DNA of 64,000 nt from Octopus vulgaris (lineage: Eukaryota): positions 33,728,001 through 33,792,000 of the forward strand of contig OX597831.1 of the NCBI GenBank assembly GCA_951406725.2, given 5' to 3'. Positions 53,581 to 64,000 of this stretch are shown piece after piece. The stretch's first letter is position 1. Every line of letters starts with the position of its first letter. Under the pieces are notes generated by a model. It did not search any database. It was not told where the DNA came from and saw only the letters and a list, made by a program, of their open reading frames with translations. The translations under genes were made by a program, and so were the position numbers.

Positions 53581-54307
53581 TGTGTGTATATATATAGTGT
53601 TGGTGTACATATATATATATATATATATACACGCACACACGCACATATATGTCACACTCTCTCTCTCTTCCTCTCTCTCTCTTCCCCTCTCTCTCCTCCT
53701 CCTCTCTCCCTCCCTCTTCCCTCTCTCTCAATATATATATATATATATATATATATACCACAAACACGCACGCACACACACACACACACACAGACACAAA
53801 GACACATTCAAGATATTTCAACATATGTTTGTATAAAAAACCCCCCATATTTGCATATGTATGCATATATTCCACATACAAGTATGTAATTAGAAACATA
53901 TTATGTCTACATACAGACATACATACATACATACACACACACATACATAATTAACATACATACATAATACATACATACATACATACATACATACATAGAA
54001 AGCTACGTATGTGCTTATATAAAAAAATGTGCGTGTGTGTGTGTTTATAGTGTCCACGCATATTTCAGCTCTGTTAACTTTTCACTAGATTTAGATCTAT
54101 TGTGGTGTTTTTTTTGTTGCTGTTGTTTGTTTGCTTGTATAAGTTGTTTTCATGGAAATCGTATTAATAGCTTCTCATGCGAGAGGCAATTGTTGTTGAA
54201 GTTGCGTTCAGTAATGTCCACAAAGGAAAGATGGGAGGTGTCGAGTTGCGTCAAGCTTCTTCTAAACTCGCTCGCACACACACGCACACACATACACATA
54301 CACACAC

Positions 54308-54349
<42 letters not shown>

Positions 54350-54473
54350 ACACAAATGCACATACACGCAGCACTCGTAAAAAGTATACCCTTATCTATA
54401 TGTATAGAAACATACTTATATATATATACACAGATGAAACACACACACATATATATATATATACATACATATA

Positions 54474-54544
<71 letters not shown>

Positions 54545-54577
54545 GTATATGTATATGTATATATATATATATGTGTG

Positions 54578-54643
<66 letters not shown>

Positions 54644-54949
54644 GTATGTGTTTTTATCTATATATGTATAAACAACTATATCTTAATACATATGTGTGTG
54701 TCTATATAAGTGTACTTATATGTATACATACGCACACGCACATATGTATTGTTAAACTAATGCGGTCTACAAACCTTGTGTCCTTTAGAAATATTTGAAG
54801 CATAATAACAAAAATAACGGCAAATCAATTGCAAAGCATAACCTAACAACGAACAACATGATAATCATGACGTTAAGACGGTTCCAGTTCTAAAGATGTA
54901 ATGATCTGCAGTGTTTAAGTTCCGTTTGAACATGTTCTGATTTGAAAAT

Positions 54950-55340
54950 CCAATGACGACGACATTAGACCAGGTTCGGCATGGGAGCATGCGCAGTTGT
55001 AGCAGGTCGGTTTATCCACCATTTGTCGGTCTCTGTTCGGGTTTGTCTCGAGCAACCTTCTGGGCAGTGTCCTAGTCAATTTCTATCTCTGCTTGATACT
55101 TCCTCATCTGCCGTGACCACGAAGCATGTGGCTGACCAAAAACTTGAGCCGTCGATCCAATCGGGTCTAAAGAGAAAAGAGCACGGTATACAGGATCTAA
55201 CTCGCAAATCGAGCGACATGACCAAACAGTCTGAGATGACGCTGCCGACTCATACAAGTCACATGACTCATCCCAGATCCTGGGTATAATCGTTGGTTGG
55301 ATCCGAAATCCATGACATGATCCTTTATCGGTCCTATAAA
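54950..55340 (-). mobile_element. RTE-clade LINE 3' fragment
   Basis: Minus strand SNQRLY..SGMSHVTCMSRQRHLRLFGHVARF, then DPVYRALFSLDPIG...GQPHASW. Confidence 0.75.
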
Positions 55341-55968
55341 AGTAGTCGGAGAGAGGAGAGAGGAGAGAGGGAATTCTCAAACTGGAGACCTAGTCATAAT
55401 GCTTTTAACGGGGTGGGTTTTACTAGCAGGGGTGTTAGATTTAGCGACTGATTAAGCCTAACATCCAATTAGACCCTAAAGATATTTGAACTTAGACTGT
55501 AAAGAGCCGGAAAAAAAAACAGCTGCAAGGTATCCGGTCCAATCTTCTCAAGGTCCTACCTTTGAAACTAAGATTTTTTTAATGTGTATTTTTATCGACC
55601 ATGAAAAGATGATATGCAAAGTTGACCTCGGTGGGATTTGAACTCAGAAAGTTGAGCTCGGCGGTATTTAGACTCAGATTAAAGCAAATATCAATAATTG
55701 TTTTACATTTTGCCATAGGGTTTTGGCATAGTTTTTAAAGGGACAGGGAATTTGATGCAGTTAAGCATTTCGTCCAGCAAGAACCAATAACAAAAATGTT
55801 TAGGTTTAAATTGTGGTGTGGCTGTTGGTCCTATCTTCTTTTCAAGCTTTTCTCGTTTCAGGTAGGGTGTTAGGTTGTGTGTTCACAATAACACTACCAG
55901 GATTCATTTTAGTTTCTGGTACCCCGCAGTGGGACTGAACCCGGAACTATGCGGTTCGTAAGCAAGCT

Positions 55969-57197
55969 ACTTTATTTCATAAAAATTGTCATATAGACAG
56001 TACAAAGATTGTGTAGCTTTGTGGGCTGGACAAACACATTAATGAATGAAAATGAAATAAAATGAATAAATTGAGAGGCGAAACCCAACACCCGCCGATT
56101 GGATTTTTCTCGAAATCATATTTTCTTTTTTTTTTTTAAATCAATATGAGGTTTCAAACCTCTTACAAGAAGGAGGCACTAAAACCTCTTACTTAACATA
56201 TTTTTTTAAAAACACACAGTTGAGGCTATAAACCACTACCAATAGTACAATAAGATGAGGTTTCAAACCCTCTAACGAGGCTTTTTCACCTCCGACTCAT
56301 CGATATATCCATCGATATATTCATCATTATCTTCAATGCCGCTTGAGTTCCTGTATCCCGCCATTTCCCATGCCTCACTCATGTAGGACATGTAAGTCGT
56401 GTAAGGGCCTCCCGGCCATATGCGTCACTCCTCCCCAAATCCTTTAAGCCTTTCCCACAAGCGAAACCTTATGACCTCCACAGCTATCGGCGGAGGCCAT
56501 TCGGGATCCCGTGTGGAGGGCATATCTACTGTCTCTTTATGTTCTACTATTTTTCCACCTCCCCGCTCTTGTAGAAAAAGATAATTAATTCATCATCTTT
56601 AAGGGTGAGGGTCGTTTCTTCCACCGTGGGTGGAACAACTTCGGGACATGCAGACGCACATCATCTCCCCCCCTGCGATGACCCGTTCTTCTTTCTTTTT
56701 TTCTTTTCTTCCTGACTTCGGGAGAGTGGAGCTCTTCCGCTTTGTCCGGAGTCTCTCCCCATCTTCCGAAGCCTTAGGGTCCTTCGGAGGACAACTATTA
56801 TTGCTCGACTTCTTCCTTTTTAATCCTTTTCCCCTTTGACCGGGTAGGGAAGGTGGCATCCAGTGACTGTTCCAGGACCTTACCATGGTCCTGGAGGCAG
56901 TTCTTTTTAATGTCGCCTGACTGCAGGCACGAGTAACACTTCGGGGGACGTCCCTCAAGTATCACCGGATACCTGCAGCCAGCCATTTAAAAAAAATCTG
57001 GAAAACCAGATCTGTTGCGGCCGATGGGGTCCACCGGGTTAAAATCGCTTTTGACCCTTCCCAATCGACCGCCGGCAATACCCTTACATTTAAGAGCCTG
57101 GGCCTGCTATCCCTCAGTCCCCGTCGGATGGTATCTTCAATCCAACCCGTCTCGGTGCCTGGGGGTAACCCACATACCCAGGCTCTTGTTAATCTAC

Positions 57198-57200
<3 letters not shown>
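55969..57200 (-). mobile_element. Tx1/L1-like ORF1 remnant running into a 3' UTR with AATAAA
   Basis: PVILEGRPPKCYSCLQSGDIKKNC (CCHC knuckle with H to D); no ORF2 visible; abuts a SINE A head fragment at 55921-55968. Confidence 0.6.
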
Positions 57201-57269
<69 letters not shown>

Positions 57270-57289
57270 CATATATATATATATATACG

Positions 57290-57330
<41 letters not shown>

Positions 57331-57570
57331 GTATATAATATATGTGCATGCATTTATAGCATATAATATGTGCGAGATTTTTTAAACATTTTAACAACTC
57401 AACAGTCACCGTTTTCCTTTTCACAATAGCTAGCGTCTAAGACCTGAAATCTATTTCATAGAAATTTCAGTTGTCTTGTTAACATTTCTATACGAGATTT
57501 AAATGTGGTTTCACGACGTCAGTAATATAATAGGTTTTCCGTCGAGAAATAGCTACTACTACTACTACTG

Positions 57571-57613
<43 letters not shown>

Positions 57614-57614
57614 A

Positions 57615-57654
<40 letters not shown>

Positions 57655-58065
57655 CTGCTGCTTCTGCTACAGAAATAGCCGCCATCACTACCAAAGATTG
57701 GGCAAGTCATATTGCTTCTGACGATAACGTACATGAAGGCAACGCCCTGTTAAATTCAGACCCCACCACCCAAAAAACACTCCAAAACCTTGAAGCATTA
57801 ATATCTGTGAGTATTACAATGAAAAGCTATTATTCTGATTTTAAGAACTATGGATAGACATAATGAGATACTACGTGAGTCGAAAACCACAGATTATCCT
57901 TGCTTACTTCTCTGTAGGTGTTAGCTCTATTATATTGTAAGGATATACCTATAGAGATTGGGATTAGGCATCTATCACAAGCATTCAAGCATGAATCAGC
58001 TAATTCCAGAATGGTTATGTTAGACCAATGTCCAGTAAGAGTGATTATATGTGTTGTGTGCGTGT

Positions 58066-58127
<62 letters not shown>

Positions 58128-58129
<2 letters not shown>

Positions 58130-58322
58130 GGAAAGTTTACGAAAATAAACAAAAGACGAAGGCAGGTGGAGTACAAACAAACAAATGTATTAGTATAGCG
58201 CTCAGGAATAGAAATAGAAAAAGTCTTTTACGTTTCGAGCCTACGCTCTTCGACAGAAAGATACACAGAAAAAAACAAGGAGAGAAAAAAAATGCTTGTA
58301 GGAGCTAGCGATCTATCATGGC
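58128..58322 (-). mobile_element. Short HHR-associated repeat, best copy
   Basis: Abuts (TA)n; HHR-like motif at 58224-58261. Confidence 0.8.
58224..58261 (-). ncRNA. Minimal type-I hammerhead-like motif, A6U variant
   Basis: Minus strand: tcttt CUGUCGA A gagc gtag gctc GAAA CG UA aaaga. Confidence 0.55.
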
Positions 58323-58563
58323 GTCCTGATGTATATCTGTATGTACGACGGGATTATAGAAACCACGGCTGGGAATTGATTGATGATGAAATTGGGAAAT
58401 CACCCCCTAGCTTCTACCCTCACAGCCGACAGATGGCGTAGCTGAAAGTGGACGACATACCCGGAAGTCGATGTCTATCAGAAGAGGGAGATAACTCCCA
58501 ATGTTTATATCTGGTTCGTTTTCTCCCCATCATGCTTTAAAGAGGCCATAGGCCAAAAAGTCT

Positions 58564-58623
58564 TAGGGTCTGATGATACGCCATAAAGATACTCTTTGCG
58601 GCGAGAAACCCACGATAATCCTA
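58564..58623 (+). ncRNA. Type-I hammerhead ribozyme motif
   Basis: tagggt CUGAUGA tacgccataaaga tac tctttgcggcga GAAA cccacga UA atccta; 6-bp stem I, long stem II, damaged stem III. Confidence 0.65.
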
Positions 58624-59196
58624 CCTACAAACCGGCCTTCACTTGTGATAGATATATATTTCTTTACTATGAGTTTCAGGGAGTCGCTGGCGATGTATCG
58701 TGATGATAAAAAATCCGGCCTGCTAAAATTTGGTTAAAGTGATTCAAACTGCAGACTCAACGCAAAATGGTCACATTTAATTCAAAGCGTTAAAAATGTT
58801 ATGAAAAAAATTGGTATGTGTTCACAAAGGCCAAACGATTAATACGAAAAAATCCTCCAGGCTACATCCCGAAAATTAATTTCTTTGCCGAATTTCTACA
58901 ATGTTTACGGCGATTCGTTTTTATATCTTGATTTTTTATTTTTCATGCAATTTACGCATGCTTGCACGCGTGGTGAACACAGTTCACGTCAAACAGCTGA
59001 CTGAGTAAAGTTCACTATTCAATGCATGGGATAAGACCTAAACAAACACATTATCGATTTTTGCACTTGCGAGATGAATTTCGGAACAGAAATTTTCATT
59101 CGCCTAAACTTTAAGTGACCCATTTTTGGTGGTTCTACGATTTGTTGGCTAGGAGGAGATGTGCCGGGAAGTTAAACACACAGGCACACAAGTGGA

Positions 59197-59338
<142 letters not shown>

Positions 59339-59865
59339 TATACATATATACATGCATATAACATCTATCTATCTATCGATCTATGCGTGTATATTTATAT
59401 GTAGGTATAGTCATTGTAAATATGTCACGTGTACAGCATCAATTCAACTAGGTGTTTGGTTTATTTCTACACAAACACATATATGCACGCGCGCACGAAT
59501 ACTCACTTGCACAGACACACGCATAAGCTCAAACCAATCAGACGAAATTTAATAACTCTTAATTAATTTCTTGGCAATGAAAACAAATTTTATTTGTTTG
59601 GTAAATTAAGATGGAGCCAAATTACAAAGTACTCCATTTAGTGGAATTGAGAGGTATGAAACTGAAGCGAGGATGCCAGAGCGATTGGAAAATATGGCGC
59701 ACATACTTCGGCATATATTCCAATACACACAAACACATGCATATGCATAAATACATACATAGACACACATACACGCGCATGTGTATACAAAGTTGTATGC
59801 GGAAGTGCACAGATATACACGTACTTTCACATGCGCACATATATTATACATATAATCACACATTC

Positions 59866-60045
59866 CAGTTCTATATTTAAGAGATGAAGAATTATGTACA
59901 TTATTGACATTATTTACATTTGACGGATATTTGTCCTCATCTCGTTTGTTGTTAACACAACGTTTCGGCTGATATACCTTCCAGCCTTCATCAGGTGTCT
60001 TGGGGAAATTTAGAACCTGGGTTCTCATTCCGAAGGTATTTTCGC
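59866..60045 (-). mobile_element. Short HHR-bearing (Penelope-like) fragment next to (TAT)n
   Basis: Non-coding, contains a canonical HHR. Confidence 0.6.
59954..59999 (-). ncRNA. Canonical minimal type-I hammerhead ribozyme
   Basis: Minus strand: gacac CUGAUGA A ggctg gaaggtatat cagcc GAAA CG UU gtgtt; all core nucleotides and stems I and II intact. Confidence 0.8.
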
Positions 60046-60068
60046 AGTTATTTTTATTATTATTATTA

Positions 60069-60229
<161 letters not shown>

Positions 60230-60485
60230 TTCTTTCTTCAAGTTTTCTTCCATTTCCAGCCGGGTGTTTTCCGTACACCTAGGGCAGAGACGCTCATTGT
60301 ATGCATTCCCAGATTACACACGCAAATTCACAAGTAAAATAAGTATTTAAAAAAATTAATAAACAAATAAATTCATGAATGGATGTTGTTTTCACAGCGA
60401 TAATGCTCTTCTCAGTACATGAGTCATTCCAGTTAACACGATTTTTTGCACTTCCTCTAGGGATGGTAAGCCTGGTATCATTTTC

Positions 60486-60718
60486 AAGGCCGCGAGTTGG
60501 CAGAAACGTTAGCACGCCGGGCGAAATGCTTAGCAGTATTTCGTCTGTCCTTACGTTCTGAGTTTAAATTCCGCCGAGGTCGACTTTGCCTTTCATCCTT
60601 TCGGCGTCGATTAAATAAGTACCAATTTCGCACTGGGGTCGATATAATCGACTTAATCCGTTTGTCTGCCCTTGTTTGTCCTCTCTGTGTTTAGCCCCTT
60701 GTGGGTAGTAAAGAAATA
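60486..60718 (+). mobile_element. SINE family B, tail1, young copy
   Basis: Full length; TSD ggtatcattttca(a) on both sides. Confidence 0.9.
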
Positions 60719-60799
60719 GGTATCATTTTCAAATAGGTTTCAGTACCTTTTTTTTTTTATTATTCCTAGAGATTCTACAATCACTGGTACTGTAGTCGC

Positions 60800-61134
60800 C
60801 TTGAGATGCCACATTGGTTGGGAAATACTGCCTCATCCTCCATATTCTCCTGATCTTGCTCCTTTTGATTACCATTTGTTCTGAGGACTACAGAACCATT
60901 TTGATGGACTTAAGTTAACAACAAGAAAAGCGATTGAAAATGAGTTGGATTCATATTTTGGCTCTAAACCTACAGAATTTTACAAGCGAGGCATTTATAA
61001 GGTTGCTGAAAGATGGAATGAGGTCATTGAAAGCAATGGAGAGCAAGTTAATGAATAAATATTTCCATAGTCTTTGGCTTATTCATTTTTACCTTAGATC
61101 TTTAAATCGGACATTATTTTCGCACCAACCTGAT
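60800..61134 (+). mobile_element. Mariner 3' fragment with right TIR
   Basis: GWEILPHPPYSPDLAPFDYHLF*GLQNHFDG...FGSKPTEFYKRGIYKVAERWNEVIESNG; ends ...gcaccaacctgata. Confidence 0.9.
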
Positions 61135-61309
61135 ACATGATAAAAGTACCAACAATTGACTTGTCTTGTTTCTTCTAACATGGTTTATCCTTGATAGCAT
61201 TGTTTATCCTTGATAGAAAAATATAAACATTATTTATCTATTTATCATTTCATCCATCAATCATTGCAGCTGTCCATCTATATGTCAGTCTGTCTGTTTC
61301 TAAACGAAA

Positions 61310-64000
61310 ATGGCTAAGCCAAAGCAGGAAGCCGAATTCTCTCCTCTACCAAAGCCAGAGGTGAAGGAAGCTGAAACAAAGCCGTTCCGCTTGAATGCAC
61401 ACAGGCTTTAGAAAATACAAGGAAGCAAAAACATTTACTACTATAAACACTGTCTCCACTACTGCCGCCACCACCACCACCACCACAACCAACACGAATA
61501 TTCAAAACAATTTTACCGCAGCTTTTAAGCTAAAAGAAAAAAATCATGTTCTTTTCGAAAGAAGAACTGCTTGCCTGCAAGGCACGTTTAAAAAGACGAA
61601 CACACCATACATGACACTCAACCTAAAAACAAAGCTATACGAAACGGCTACTAAAAAAAAGTAGACACATTTTTAAGGTCCATAAGATCCTTTAAAGACT
61701 ACATTACGAGGGGAAACAGATTTGCCAGGATCGAAGTTAGGTTCGATAGTAAAGAAAGAGCCAAGCACCTCTCCACAAAGTCCTTTGAATGCGAAAACTT
61801 AGTGATGATCCCTACATACCTTGGTCGTAGGGTCACAAAAATAAAAATAAAGAATATGCCCCTTGAGATAGAAATAAAATGGTTTGTGTCTGCCATTTGT
61901 TACGACATCGAGAACGAAATCCATATCTTGGAAATCGCTGTCCTGGACCTGCAAGATTGGATTGGTCAAGGAGCTGAAATCTTTGCTCAAATTAATCCGA
62001 TGAATTTTGAAAACATTCCACATCAAATCAAACTGACAGACGATTCGGGTTTGCATGTGGCCGCCGAAGGCAGAAACCCACGTCGCTACGTTTGTCGTAG
62101 CAAATCACACTTGAAGATCAATTACCCACAAGCACGGAAACAACAAGAGCAACAAGATCACGAACAACAACAATAACCACAAGAAAATCAAAAACCGAGA
62201 AAAAAAAACAGCACTGCTACCCACTCCGCCATATGCACAACTAATTAAACAGCTCTACAAACAAATGAGGGAACATCAGCAACCCACAAGCCAGTCCAAC
62301 CAAATAACATCACCAGCGCCACCAAGAACAGAAACAACATTATCACCACCAACAACAACAGCTCCAAAGGAAGAAGAGAAAACCAAAAAGGCTCATACCC
62401 CACCCCCAAAATCCATATACCTCATCCCAACTGTCACCAACCAGCACCACCACCACCAATAACAAAATCAATACACGCAGAAATAGACATCAATACCCTT
62501 CTCCTCCCACCTTCTGATTCCTCCGACATGTCAGTTGAAAACGACACAGAAGATTGGCAAGTGGTCACAGTGGGGAGAAAAAGGGGGAAAAAGAATAGAG
62601 AAGCAGACAAACAAAGTAAGGAGGTTTACCACTCCCGAAACCAAAACACCAGCAGAAAACAAAAGCATCAACACAAACACACCAACAACAAACCCGCCAA
62701 CAATGTTGACAGCTATAAACACCAACAATCCAGACCTAATGGAATACATTAGGTCAAACACCAACATAACAGAAAATGATACCAAAACAAAAAATTACCG
62801 CCACAACACATTAAAATCATACACATAACACAGATCACATATTGCACACTGAAATTTCTCTACCCGGATGCAGTAGGGAGATTTCAAAAATACCTGTCAA
62901 AAACCCCCAAAAAACTACAAAAACCTTCTAGGAGAAGACTGTGAAGTGAAGGACAAAGAACTTTCGGACAGTGACTCTCTCTCTCTTTCTCTTTTCACTT
63001 TCGTCTTCCTTTCGTGTGTAAAACACATCTTTCGACAGGAACATGCTCAAAATAGGTAGTACAAATGTACGTGGATTGGGGTAGCCTTGGAAACAAGGAT
63101 ACCTATCAAATGACATCAAGTCGCAGAATCTGAATATCATAGATATCAGCGAGAGCAGACTCCACAACTTGTGGCCCTCCAGCACATGTTCGGCGTTTAT
63201 TTTTCTCCGTGTCTGCCGAGAATGCGCAGAGGTGGCACCGCGGTGCTTCTTCGGAAGAGTCTGCACCTCAAAGTAAGAGCACTTTTCCTAGTCCCAGAGG
63301 GTAGGCTGGTCGTCTTGGATGTCGATAGCAGTAATAGGTGTGCTTTTCGACTGATAACATCCGAATGTGCCAATGTGGATATGGAGCAATCGCATCGGGT
63401 CGTCCAGATCGTGTTTAGATAGAGTATTCTGTAGGACAGTGGATAAGGAAAGTGTAGGTTGTCCACAATTCCATATAATCAACTACACAGATCACAAATT
63501 CGTGACTTGTACACTTGACTTAGATAAGACACATGGGCAGGGTCCCAGTTATTGGAAGCTGAACGCGTCGTTCACGACACGCCAGGTTTACAGGGACTGT
63601 ATTAGCACATTAGTTAAGAAAGCATTGACGGGTGCCATCGTCAACAATAGATGGTGGTATGCCCTAAAGAAAGCAATTAAAGTAGAATCGATTAGGTACA
63701 GTAAGGCCCTAGCATTAGATCAAAATAGAACAGAGGGAGACCTATTTAAGAAATCAGAAGAGGCACTTAGAACTGGTATCGTGTCCAATGTACTGGTGGC
63801 AAGGTTGGCCCTAGACCAACACTTCAACGCCAAACACGAAGGATGCGTTGTCAGAGCTAGGATGCACGCTCTAAGGAACGAAGGAGTTGGAGCCACCCGA
63901 GAGGCCCGTGAGACCCGAGTGGCGGAGGCCCCACGAGGCAACAAAGCCACCATTAGGTTTCTAACAGATGAGAATGGGTGCGAATTACTCGAGCCTGAAA
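61310..64000 (+). mobile_element. Decayed Tx1/L1-clade LINE: ORF1 and 5' part of ORF2, runs off the window
   Basis: ORF1 with VRFDSKERAK...IPTYLGRRVTKIKIKNMP and a degenerate knuckle; ORF2 from 63043 MLKIGSTNVRGL...ISES, LDRVF, TDHK, GPSYWKLNAS (APE endonuclease). Confidence 0.85.

Noticed and set aside
55270-55380. TATA box and LTR-like promoter (tataaaag, tgactca)
   Set aside because: The minus strand translates as an RTE LINE C-terminus, which explains the region.

Overview
AT-rich, repeat-saturated eukaryotic DNA with no convincing intact host gene; it reads as a large intron or intergenic interval. The SINE families and the density of (TA)n, (TATG)n, (TATC)n, (CA)n and (TAA)n tracts suggest an octopus (coleoid cephalopod) genome; this is recognition from memory, not a database result. 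Almost all listed ORFs are microsatellite artefacts. The real content is three tRNA-derived SINE families, decayed mariner transposons and MITEs, RTE, R4/Dong and Tx1/L1 LINE fragments, a Penelope-type GIY-YIG remnant, two minisatellites and several fold-back inverted repeats. The most notable signal is about ten type-I hammerhead-ribozyme (HHR) motifs, intact or decayed, inside small non-coding elements inserted in microsatellites. Two of these elements are circular permutations of one ~560-565 nt monomer with compensatory base changes, which suggests a retrozyme-like, possibly circular-RNA, family. Others carry non-canonical cores (U3-A8, A6U) or fold back at ribozyme stem II. All folds were read by eye and no activity is demonstrated.
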